Shown here one piece after another: positions 9,431 through 17,899 of a DNA stretch of 64,000 bases (positions within the stretch are counted from its first letter, which is position 1; every line of letters begins with the position of its first letter). Location: contig CAIKOA010000008.1 of the NCBI GenBank assembly GCA_903828955.1, positions 36,813 to 100,812 of the forward strand. The letters run 5' to 3'. This DNA comes from an uncultured Candidatus Micrarchaeota archaeon (GTDB lineage: Archaea; Micrarchaeota; Micrarchaeia; Anstonellales; Bilamarchaeaceae). A program made the position numbers and the translations under genes. The notes under the pieces were generated by a model. The model was not told the origin of the DNA, searched no databases, and worked only from the letters and a program-made list of their open reading frames with translations.

Positions 9431-9895
9431 ATGAACTGGCCGGAACATATGCTCATAGGCGCACTTGCAGGAGTGCTTGTTGCATATTTCCTAGGGGCGG
9501 ATTTGCTCACTTCCGCCCTAATTATTGGAATGGTTTCAGTTTCCGCACTTGCCCCGGACATAGACCACGATTCCTCCAAAATAAGGCAGGCCGCGAACCT
9601 TGCAGTTCCTCTGGCCGCATTCTCCTTTGCAATCACTTCCGCCTGCGAAAACAACCTCCAATGCGTCTTCGCGCACAAGGAATCAATCCTCATAAACGGC
9701 CTTGCAGTAGTGGGCTTGTATATGCTCATAATGACCTTCCTGAAGCCCAGGCACCGCGGGATAATCCATACGCTCAGCGCAGCAGCTGTGTTCGGCCTCC
9801 TCGTCTACATTCTCTCAGATTCCACTTTCGCAATCGCAGGCTTCGCAGGCTATTTCTCACACCTTCTTGCAGACCGGCAGATAAAATTAATCTGA
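9431..9895 (+). CDS. YdjM-like membrane metal-dependent hydrolase
   Basis: EH, APDIDH, HRGIIHT, SHLLAD. Confidence 0.9.
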   Translation: MNWPEHMLIGALAGVLVAYFLGADLLTSALIIGMVSVSALAPDIDHDSSKIRQAANLAVPLAAFSFAITSACENNLQCVFAHKESILINGLAVVGLYMLIMTFLKPRHRGIIHTLSAAAVFGLLVYILSDSTFAIAGFAGYFSHLLADRQIKLI

Positions 9896-9952
9896 AAATT
9901 TTAGTGAAACCGTTTTATACTTTCTCCTTTAAGGGAAACCCAGGCGGTGGGC

Positions 9953-10453
9953 ATGAAAAACAAAATACTCTCAATCCTGTTTGGGCTGGTTGGCGCGATA
10001 GTTGTAATCGCTTGCCTGTACGAAGGGGTAACTTACCTCGGCTTCATAGGAAAAGCCCTGATTGAATTCTTCTCCCCCGGCAACATCCAGGCGATGAACG
10101 GATGCGGAATCGCAACCCCCCAGGAATTCATAGACATAAGGAACGAGCTCCCGACAACCCTGCTTCCGGCGATTTACATAGGAATACCGCTTTCACTTAT
10201 ACTCATTTCCGTGCTGATGTTCTTCAGCGGATACTTCTTCGGAAAGCACAAGGTCGTGCAGGAAATGCAGGACAAGGAAATCAGGAATAATGAAGTGGAG
10301 CAGGAAGTGAACCGGCGCCTTGGGAAGAAAAGCGCAAAAGCAATGAAGGAAGAGCCCGAAGAGGAGGAAGAACCTGAAGAGGGGCCGGAAGAGGCGGAAG
10401 AAGAGGAAGAGCCGGAAGAAAAGCCCGCCCCCAAGAGAACCTCCAGGAAATAG
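9953..10453 (+). CDS. Two-TM membrane protein with acidic tail
   Basis: Hydrophobic segments; EEPEEEEE tail. Confidence 0.8.
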   Translation: MKNKILSILFGLVGAIVVIACLYEGVTYLGFIGKALIEFFSPGNIQAMNGCGIATPQEFIDIRNELPTTLLPAIYIGIPLSLILISVLMFFSGYFFGKHKVVQEMQDKEIRNNEVEQEVNRRLGKKSAKAMKEEPEEEEEPEEGPEEAEEEEEPEEKPAPKRTSRK

Positions 10454-10537
10454 CTTCCTTTAATTTTATTTTCCGTTTTTTTTAATCCCAACCCATAAGA
10501 ATGGTCTTATCCATATTTTCCCTGGGAGCTTAGGCGC

Positions 10538-10614
10538 CTGATGATGAGCAAAGTTTTCCTGAGCGTTTTCTTTAAACGGAATCCTGCGGTGATGAGAAAC
10601 TGGAGCTCTGAGTC
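10538..10614 (+). ncRNA. Candidate C/D-box guide sRNA
   Basis: C ATGATGA 10541, D' CTGA 10559, C' GTGATGA 10589, D CTGA 10608; 11- and 12-nt guides; oligo-T follows. Confidence 0.7.
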
Positions 10615-10700
10615 ACCCCTTTCTTTTTGCGAAAAAGAAAGGTGCGAATCACCCAAAGAAAAAGCATTTTCCAATATTACTTGGGCGCTAGTTGCCTTGC
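10615..10700 (+). repeat. Dispersed repeat family A copy 4
   Basis: CCTTTCTTTTTGCGAAAAAGAAAGG...CCAAAGAAAAAGCATT...ATATTACT as in copy 1. Confidence 0.85.
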
Positions 10701-10768
10701 TAATGAGAAACCGGAGCTCTGAATGCCCTCATTTAAATTCATTTTCAGCGAGTAATGCCTGTGATAAA

Positions 10769-11368
10769 ATGGGGCTCATGGAAAGAATAAAGCTTTGGTT
10801 CAGGGGGTTCAACTACAAGGAAATTTCTCAAATCGTGAAAGAACTCCAGAAGAATCCTGCAATAGGGGACGCGGCCTTCAATGTGTTCCTGGGTTCCCTG
10901 ATGATGGGCGCGGTGGTTTTCATTTCCATGGCACTAGTCGGCTCAATGCCCGGGGCGGGCTCAGCTGGCGCGGTGGTTTTCATCCCCGCGATCATTTACG
11001 CGGTTGCGATGATTCTAATCGCCATCATCTACTTCTTCGTCAGCGAGGGTGTCCAGTGGGTGCTTGCAAAAGCCCTGGGCGGGAAAGGGGCATACGCGCA
11101 CCAGGTGCAGGTTTCCTCGCTCCCCACCGCTGCGAACATGGTGCTTACTCCAGTCTTTGTAATCCCATTCGTCGGCCCGATTATCTCGATAGTGGTCAGC
11201 TTGTACCGCATCTTCCTGGGCTACCTGATAATCAGGGGGGTCCACGGGCTTTCAAACGTGCGCGCAGCAGCAGTGGTCCTGATACCAGTCGTGCTAGGGA
11301 TAATTGCGTATGTGCTTCTCCTCCTTTACCTGACACCAATGGCGGTCACTACAACGACCCCGGCCTAA
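10769..11368 (+). CDS. Yip1 family membrane protein
   Basis: AKALGGKG, IPFVG, IRGVHGLS; about 5 TMs; start inferred at ATG 10769. Confidence 0.85.
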   Translation: MGLMERIKLWFRGFNYKEISQIVKELQKNPAIGDAAFNVFLGSLMMGAVVFISMALVGSMPGAGSAGAVVFIPAIIYAVAMILIAIIYFFVSEGVQWVLAKALGGKGAYAHQVQVSSLPTAANMVLTPVFVIPFVGPIISIVVSLYRIFLGYLIIRGVHGLSNVRAAAVVLIPVVLGIIAYVLLLLYLTPMAVTTTTPA

Positions 11369-11640
11369 TCCCTTCCCTTTATTTTTTCCAAAAATCTTTT
11401 TTTCCTTTTTTCTAGGATTGCAGAAATCTCCTTCTCACCCAGGCCCGCCCTCCTTAGCATGCAGAGGCAATGGATAATCATGTCCGCGCATTCCTCTTTC
11501 CAGTGCGGGTCCCCATATGAAAATAATTCTAAAATCTCGTCCGCATGCTCCTTCATTGAGCCAAGCGTATAACGAATAGCCCCTTCCCTTCCCCCGTTCT
11601 TCAAGTCCGAGGCAGAAACAATTTTCTCAACATCAATCAT
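11365..11640 (-). CDS. MazG-like all-alpha NTP pyrophosphatase
   Basis: EHADE...WKEECADMII. Confidence 0.6.
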   Translation of the reverse strand: MIDVEKIVSASDLKNGGREGAIRYTLGSMKEHADEILELFSYGDPHWKEECADMIIHCLCMLRRAGLGEKEISAILEKRKKRFLEKIKGRD

Positions 11641-11702
11641 GAAAACCCCCAAACCTACTCGGAAGCGATTATTTTTAATCCAATTCTTCCAAAAGGAGAA
11701 AG

Positions 11703-12110
11703 ATGGGCAAAAAGAAAGGTTCCGTTTTCGAATACCTGAAGAAATCCCCGGCAGTAGTAGCCATAATCCTCATAGGGATAGTCGGAATCTCGCTCGCAGC
11801 ATTCGTCTTTTCCGAGTCCGCGCCAAAGCCCGCTTATCCACAGGAAACCCTGGACAATTTCTCGAAATGCCTCACCGAAAAAGGCGTGATTATGTATGGG
11901 GCAAGCTGGTGCCCCCATTGCCAGGAGCAGAAAGCCCTTTTCGGGGACTCCTTCCAATACGTTGATTTTGTCGATTGCGAGAAAACCCCAAACCTTTGCA
12001 GCGCTGCGGAAATCAAGGCCTTCCCCACCTGGATAATAAATGGTGAAAAGCACCTTGGCACAAAGCCCCTGGACATTCTCGCAGTTTATTCAGGGTGCAA
12101 ACTGGGATGA
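11703..12110 (+). CDS. Membrane-anchored thioredoxin/glutaredoxin-like protein
   Basis: MYGASWCPHC, FPTW; N-terminal TM. Confidence 0.9.
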   Translation: MGKKKGSVFEYLKKSPAVVAIILIGIVGISLAAFVFSESAPKPAYPQETLDNFSKCLTEKGVIMYGASWCPHCQEQKALFGDSFQYVDFVDCEKTPNLCSAAEIKAFPTWIINGEKHLGTKPLDILAVYSGCKLG

Positions 12111-12114
12111 TAAA

Positions 12115-12858
12115 ATGATAGGAATAATCGGATTCGGAAAGCTCGGGAGCGCATTTGCGCAGGGGTTTTCCAATAAAAAAATCCCAGTAATCGCTTACGA
12201 CAAATTCCCTGAAAAAATAACCCTCCCCAGAATCTCAAAAGCAAAAACACCCAAAGAAGTTTTCGAAAAATCCGAAATGCTCCTCCTCGCACTCAAGCCC
12301 GCAGTAATCCTGGATTTCCTTAAAGAAAATTCAAAATACGCAAAAGGAAAACTGCTCATTTCCCCGGCTGCAAAAACTCTTCTTAATGATTTGGAAGCAG
12401 CCTCACCGGATTCAAAATTCATCCGCGCAATGCCCAACATAGCCGCAAGCGAAAACCTTTCCTCGCTTCCCTATTGCCCTGGAAAAAACGTTTCCAAAGA
12501 GGACGAAGAAAAATTCATCAGGATTTTTTCAGAAGTCGGAAACCCCATCAAAGCAGAAGAGAAGCACATGGATGCATTCACCGCAATCTCCAGCTCCTCA
12601 ATCGCTTACTTCGCCTATTTCGCAAGGGCGATGCGCGAAGCGGCAAAAGACGAGGGGATTCCTGAAAAGGACGCGGAGCAGGTGATTGCAGAATCGCTAG
12701 AAGGCACGGGCGCCCTCCTGAAAAAGAACTCCCCGGAAAAACTGATCGAAACCGTTTCCACTAAAGGCGGAGTAACCGAAAAAGGATTAAGGGAACTGGA
12801 ATCCGCAGGGGTTCTGCTTGCAATTAAGCACACTATAAAATTCCAGTCCAAAAAATGA
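12115..12858 (+). CDS. proC: Pyrroline-5-carboxylate reductase
   Basis: IGFGKLG, LKP, RAMPN, VSTKGGVT. Confidence 0.92.
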   Translation: MIGIIGFGKLGSAFAQGFSNKKIPVIAYDKFPEKITLPRISKAKTPKEVFEKSEMLLLALKPAVILDFLKENSKYAKGKLLISPAAKTLLNDLEAASPDSKFIRAMPNIAASENLSSLPYCPGKNVSKEDEEKFIRIFSEVGNPIKAEEKHMDAFTAISSSSIAYFAYFARAMREAAKDEGIPEKDAEQVIAESLEGTGALLKKNSPEKLIETVSTKGGVTEKGLRELESAGVLLAIKHTIKFQSKK

Positions 12859-12872
12859 AAATAAAGAAAAAC

Positions 12873-15800
12873 TCATTCCTTTTCCGAGGAATTTATGAAG
12901 GCTTTCCTTATCTGCCTTCCGCGGTGGTCCATCTGCTCCTTTATCTCCGCGGCGAGCTTATCCCTCTTGGCCACCCGCTCCGGAGTCCAGACCTTCTTGT
13001 TCTGGCCGGGCTTCCCGACCATCTTGATATAGTCTTCGGAAAGTAGCAGCACTTCGAATTCTCCCCCCACCGATACGAACCCGGAATTGTGGCCCTCCCT
13101 CTTGAAGAGCTTTGGCATGTCCGCCACAATCTTGCCCGCGTCCGCAGCAGAAAGAAGAATATCTATCCTGAGCTCAGGCTGGTCTTCCGGAATCAGCCCC
13201 GGGTTCTTCCTAATCTTTTCGCAGAGGTCGCTCAGCACCGCAAACCTCTCCTCGCTCTTCATCTTCCATGAGGCATCCAGGATCTTGCGTGGTGTATCAT
13301 TCTTATTCAATCCATTGACCTGGTAGGATTGCTCAACGAACCAATCCGAAACCCCGTTTGTGCCGTATGCAGGCTCTTCATTGTTTCCATCCGAAGAGAA
13401 CCCGCTCACCGTTGGCGGAAGAACCGGTGCATTGCCCTCAGCGGCGGTCGGGGAACCCCTCAGCGAAGCAGCCTTCGCCTCCAATGCGCCCACTTCTTCT
13501 GCAAGCCTGAGTTTCCCTTCCCTTGCCTCCCTCACTTTCTTGTCATAGCCTGATGGGGGGGTCTTCGTGTTGAACTCCCCCTTCGGGCCCACATAATCGC
13601 TCATTCGCGTAAGCGCATCAAGGGCGGCCTTCTTCCTTCCCAAATCCTGCCCTTCCATAGATGCGAATTCAACCGAAGAACCCATCGCATCAATTATTAT
13701 CTGCCCAAGAACCGCTTCCGACATCTTGTGCTGGATTTCCTTGCTTCCATACACGCGGTCCGCGGTTTCCACAAGTATCGCAAACCTTTCCTCAACATTC
13801 TCAAGCGCCTTTGCCTTCCTATAAATGTCCCTCGGGTTTCCGTCCCTTGGAATTGAATTCTTCGCAAAGGCATTCTCAGCCGCCTTGCTCATATCAAACG
13901 GCGCAACTGAAACCGGCGCATTAGCTGCCGCAGCCTGCGGAGCCTGAGCGCCTGCAACCGCTGCCACGGCCGCACCGCTTTCCTGCTGCGGAGCAGGGGC
14001 CTCCTGGACCTCCTGCGCTTCCATTGCTGATGCAGGAACCGTTCCCATCCATTCAATGACGCTCTTGTAAAGAACTTCCTGCCCCTTCGTGGGCTTTGCT
14101 TTTGAAAATCCCCCGTCCTTATTCAATACTCCAGACGCCCGCGTTGCAATCTTCACCGCAGCCGCAGTTGCCTGTGGGTTTCCCATTGCAACGTTCCTTC
14201 CCGTGCCCATGGCGGTTATCAAAATATTCCTCACCATCGAGTCATCCATCTTAAGCTGGATATTGTTGTCAAGCATGTAATTGGCGGTGTATGCAAGGAC
14301 CGCAAACTGGTCCTGCGCATTCTCAATCTTGAGCGCAGCATTGTAGAGCGCCCTCAGTTGCGGCCCGGCCGGAACATCCGGATTCACTTCCGAAAGCCCG
14401 CTGTTTGCAAGCGCAGTGTTTACCGCCGCATTCAAATCATATGCGGGCACTTTGGGAGCCGTTTTAACCACTTTGGCCTGCTCGGCCGGGTGAGCCCTGC
14501 CGGATCCTTCATCCACAGCACTCCTCACAGTCGTCCTCTCATGGGAAACGAGCGCCGCAACCGGCTTATTCATCTGCCCATGCATTCCTGCCTCCTCATT
14601 CCTCTGATGCATATTGGAGTGTGGCCCAACCGTCGCAAGAGTGACGATTCCTGCAATGCCCACCACTCCCGCAGCCACAAGCCAGACCTCGTGCCTCTTT
14701 CTTGAATAGAACTCTGAAACCCGTTTTGCACCGGATATCGTGCCCTCCCGCTTTGCGCGGATCCATCTTCCTGCCTCATTGTACCATGCATTATGCTCCG
14801 CCATCCCCATTCCAAACCTGATGCCCTCATTCTTGCGCTCTTCAAGCGCGCGGGCATATGCCTGGCCTTCGCTCATCGAAGGTATTTCAATTACGCGTGC
14901 CCGCGGCTTTGAAGGAAGCTCCCCCTTTCCTGCAAATCCATAAACGAATATGCCATTTACCGCCTTTCCAATAGGAGTTTTCCAGAATTTGTCTTCCCTG
15001 GCCTCAGGAATCGCTTCCCTTTCAATATCGATTGGCGTTGTGGTTTCCGGTTTCTCTTCTTTGCGTTCGGGCTCCACCAAAATAGGCGCAGGCGGAGCCA
15101 CGGAAGGCGCTGCGAGCGCATCGCTAATCAGCGTTCCCACTGAAAATTCCGGCCTTGCCGGAAGCGGAGTAACCGTCCTCTTCTCAAAGGCAGGCCCCAC
15201 CATTATGGGCGGCTCCGCCTCTTCTCCAAGTGCCGCATCCATCGCGGCAGCAATCTCGGCTTCTTCAACATCCGCAAGCGGCCCTGTCTCCGCTTCTGCA
15301 ATTGCCGCAGGATGTTCCGAAGCCTTTGCGCGTTCCGCAACATCACTTCGGCTGAATACCGCGGTTATCCCATCCTCGCCTTCCGGTTCAGCTCCCGCAA
15401 TCGCTTCAGGATGTTCCGAGGCCCTTGCGATCACTCTCATCTCCCTCTGGCTGACCACCGCGGTCGCCTCCCTCATGCTTCCTGGCTCGGAAGCGATAAT
15501 TGGCGAAGCTGCAGGAGTAGAACCAACCGGTCCCGGAGCCTCTGAAAGCACCGTGGGCCTGTGCTCCGCCTCGGGCTCTCTCAGCACAAGCAGTTCCCTG
15601 GAAAGGCGCGCCTTTTCTTCTTCAAGCGCATTTGCCCTGTTTTCCATGCGGGCCATCCTGGTATCCTTCTCCTTCATTGCCCGCTCGTAAGCATCAACTT
15701 TCGCAACAAGCTCGCTTATCCTTCCAGCTAAACCCGCGTTATCCCTCTCGAACTTGTTGCGGGCTTCCCTGAGCCCTATAATTTCCGCATTTCTATCCCC

Positions 15801-17012
15801 GATCGCTTCATTCAGCCTGCCGTTCTCTGCCCTGAATGCATCAACGGTCTCCCGCTCTTTTCTGAGTGCAGCCTGGAGATCCCCGATTTCCGCAGTAGAA
15901 GTAATTTCCCTTGCACGAAGCCCGTGCACTTCCTCAATTACTGCCGGGGGAATTCCTCTTTTTCCCGCTTCCTCAATTAGCTTTCTGTTGGCTGCCTTGA
16001 GTTCATCCATCTCATTGGAGAGTTCCCCAACCCTAAAAAGCACCGTATCTCTTTCAGAGGCAATCACCGAGGAATCATAAACGCCCCTCATCGCTTCCGC
16101 GGTGGTGTGCAGATACCAGGAATCAAACATCCTCTTGTACATTTCCCCTTTCGAATAAACGCTGCCCGCGTATTCCTCTGCGTTCGCAATTAATTGGGTG
16201 AATAGGATTATCCCTTCGTTTGGCTCCACCCAAACCCCCCTGGAAGTAAGCCTTTCGCAGGCATCCATCACTTCCCCATAAGGAGTGAGCGGAGTCATCT
16301 TCATGTCCCCATAGGCCTGCGCCATCATGGAGAACCCCTTCTCCTTTGCATGGGTCCAGCTAAGGTAATTGTTTAGCCTCCCATCATCTGCAATCTCTTT
16401 GGAAAATGCCCTGATCATTTGATACTCGGAAGCATAATTTTCATTCTCAAGGCGTTTTCCCCTGAGCGCCTCGACCGCCTGCGCCACTTTGCTGCGCATA
16501 AGCGCCGGCTCGGCAGTCCACCCCTTCCAGTCTTCCCCGGTTATTTCAGAAACCCGGTAAAGCGTGCTCCCATACCGGAGGAAGCGCTCTTCATTTTCAG
16601 CCGCCTTTTTCATTGCAGCCGCATGCGCGTCTTCCCCGGTCGTTCCCAAGCCAAGAGCAGGCTTTGGAGAAAGCGTATTTCCCTTCGGCGCATCATTCCT
16701 TATTCCAGTAAGCGTATCCTCTTTTCGTTTAGTCTCTTCTGTAGCAACTCCTTTTGGCATCGGCCTTGCTATTGATTGGGTAATCCTTGCCCCCGCAGGA
16801 GCTGTAGGCGTGCCGGAAACAATCGGCTCACTGCCTTCAGGGCGCCCCTGCCTTGGAAGAGGCAGCCTCTCAGGAGGAGGAGGCGGCCTCGAAGTGCGCG
16901 CTATTCCTCCCCTGAAAGTCGCCGTAATCGGCCTCTTTGGCTTTGAAGGCATTACTGGAACTGGAGGAGGGCCCTTTCTGCCCCCATCATTAGGGTTACC
17001 GTAATCTGGCAT
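12873..17012 (-). CDS. Giant orphan single-pass protein (Pro-rich N-terminus, coiled coil, TM, three repeated helical domains)
   Basis: About 1380 aa; TM WLVAAGVVGIAGIVTLATV; start inferred at MPDYG. Confidence 0.8.
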   Translation of the reverse strand: MPDYGNPNDGGRKGPPPVPVMPSKPKRPITATFRGGIARTSRPPPPPERLPLPRQGRPEGSEPIVSGTPTAPAGARITQSIARPMPKGVATEETKRKEDTLTGIRNDAPKGNTLSPKPALGLGTTGEDAHAAAMKKAAENEERFLRYGSTLYRVSEITGEDWKGWTAEPALMRSKVAQAVEALRGKRLENENYASEYQMIRAFSKEIADDGRLNNYLSWTHAKEKGFSMMAQAYGDMKMTPLTPYGEVMDACERLTSRGVWVEPNEGIILFTQLIANAEEYAGSVYSKGEMYKRMFDSWYLHTTAEAMRGVYDSSVIASERDTVLFRVGELSNEMDELKAANRKLIEEAGKRGIPPAVIEEVHGLRAREITSTAEIGDLQAALRKERETVDAFRAENGRLNEAIGDRNAEIIGLREARNKFERDNAGLAGRISELVAKVDAYERAMKEKDTRMARMENRANALEEEKARLSRELLVLREPEAEHRPTVLSEAPGPVGSTPAASPIIASEPGSMREATAVVSQREMRVIARASEHPEAIAGAEPEGEDGITAVFSRSDVAERAKASEHPAAIAEAETGPLADVEEAEIAAAMDAALGEEAEPPIMVGPAFEKRTVTPLPARPEFSVGTLISDALAAPSVAPPAPILVEPERKEEKPETTTPIDIEREAIPEAREDKFWKTPIGKAVNGIFVYGFAGKGELPSKPRARVIEIPSMSEGQAYARALEERKNEGIRFGMGMAEHNAWYNEAGRWIRAKREGTISGAKRVSEFYSRKRHEVWLVAAGVVGIAGIVTLATVGPHSNMHQRNEEAGMHGQMNKPVAALVSHERTTVRSAVDEGSGRAHPAEQAKVVKTAPKVPAYDLNAAVNTALANSGLSEVNPDVPAGPQLRALYNAALKIENAQDQFAVLAYTANYMLDNNIQLKMDDSMVRNILITAMGTGRNVAMGNPQATAAAVKIATRASGVLNKDGGFSKAKPTKGQEVLYKSVIEWMGTVPASAMEAQEVQEAPAPQQESGAAVAAVAGAQAPQAAAANAPVSVAPFDMSKAAENAFAKNSIPRDGNPRDIYRKAKALENVEERFAILVETADRVYGSKEIQHKMSEAVLGQIIIDAMGSSVEFASMEGQDLGRKKAALDALTRMSDYVGPKGEFNTKTPPSGYDKKVREAREGKLRLAEEVGALEAKAASLRGSPTAAEGNAPVLPPTVSGFSSDGNNEEPAYGTNGVSDWFVEQSYQVNGLNKNDTPRKILDASWKMKSEERFAVLSDLCEKIRKNPGLIPEDQPELRIDILLSAADAGKIVADMPKLFKREGHNSGFVSVGGEFEVLLLSEDYIKMVGKPGQNKKVWTPERVAKRDKLAAEIKEQMDHRGRQIRKAFINSSEKE

Positions 17013-17116
17013 AACATATATTCTTCTATAGAAATGTTTATAAACAATTACTTTTTTCCATCTTTTCACACACTTTCCCTATTCCTATATATTATTTCCC
17101 CGCTTTAAGGGATAAT

Positions 17117-17779
17117 ATGGCAATCCAATGCCGTGTCTGCGGAAGGGAAGGCTTCGACATCTGCCCGGAATGCTCGTTCAAGGAGATGAACCAGCAGTGC
17201 TGGAGGTGCAGGATGTACATCCCCAAATCCGAGATGCAGCAGTTCCAGGGCCAGTGGATATGCCCAAACTGCAGGATGGACCTCCAGGAAGGGGAAAGGC
17301 ACGGAAAGGGGCGCGGCGCCTCCGGAGAAGGAGGGCCCGGGGATGAGCCGGGCAGCCAGGAAATGCGCGACAAATTGGGGGAATGCGAACGCTGCAAGAG
17401 GCCCACGGACGTCTTCTACATAGTCAATGGAAGGAAGCTCTGCAAGTTCTGCTTTGAACAGGGAAAGGAATACATGGCGCGCGGCCCCGGCACATCGCCC
17501 GCACGCATCCAGATAATGCGCAGGAAATACGAAAAAAAGGGCCTTTTCCGCAAAATACTCGAATTCTTCTTCGGAAAACCCGAGGAGCCCGAATACGAAA
17601 TAGTCGAAGCCGAAGTTATAATTCCAAAGAAGAATGAAGAGCCGAAAACCCAGAAAGAGTCTGCCCAAAAGCCCCCGGAGGGGGCAAGGGCCGAGATAGT
17701 TCCCAAGAAAAGCGAGGGGCAGAAGCCCCAGAAAGAGGAAAAGCCAAAGCACGACTGGCAGGAGCACAAAAGAGAATAA
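17117..17779 (+). CDS. Multi zinc-ribbon protein
   Basis: Six CxxC motifs; charged tail. Confidence 0.8.
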   Translation: MAIQCRVCGREGFDICPECSFKEMNQQCWRCRMYIPKSEMQQFQGQWICPNCRMDLQEGERHGKGRGASGEGGPGDEPGSQEMRDKLGECERCKRPTDVFYIVNGRKLCKFCFEQGKEYMARGPGTSPARIQIMRRKYEKKGLFRKILEFFFGKPEEPEYEIVEAEVIIPKKNEEPKTQKESAQKPPEGARAEIVPKKSEGQKPQKEEKPKHDWQEHKRE

Positions 17780-17846
17780 ATTCTAAGTTATTGAAGTATA
17801 AGGATATCCATTTTACGTAAGCGGGCTGGGAACTGAAGGCTGGCAT
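17778..17846 (-). pseudogene. 5' remnant of the TPR-like gene family (59857/61810)
   Basis: MPAFSSQPAYVKWISLYFNN vs MATFNSQTPYIKQISLYFDN; homology ends after ~23 codons. Confidence 0.8.
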
Positions 17847-17899
17847 TGCGTGAGAATAGGCTGCAAATCAATAAAAAGAAAAGCGAGGGAAAATAATTC

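Noticed and set aside
10541-10768. N-terminal extension of the Yip1 ORF
   Set aside because: Covers the C/D sRNA and a repeat; an SD-like GTGA precedes ATG 10769
17105-17767. 220-aa minus-strand ORF and similar long antisense ORFs (14950, 49817, 51996, 60613)
   Set aside because: Shadows of better-supported genes on the other strand
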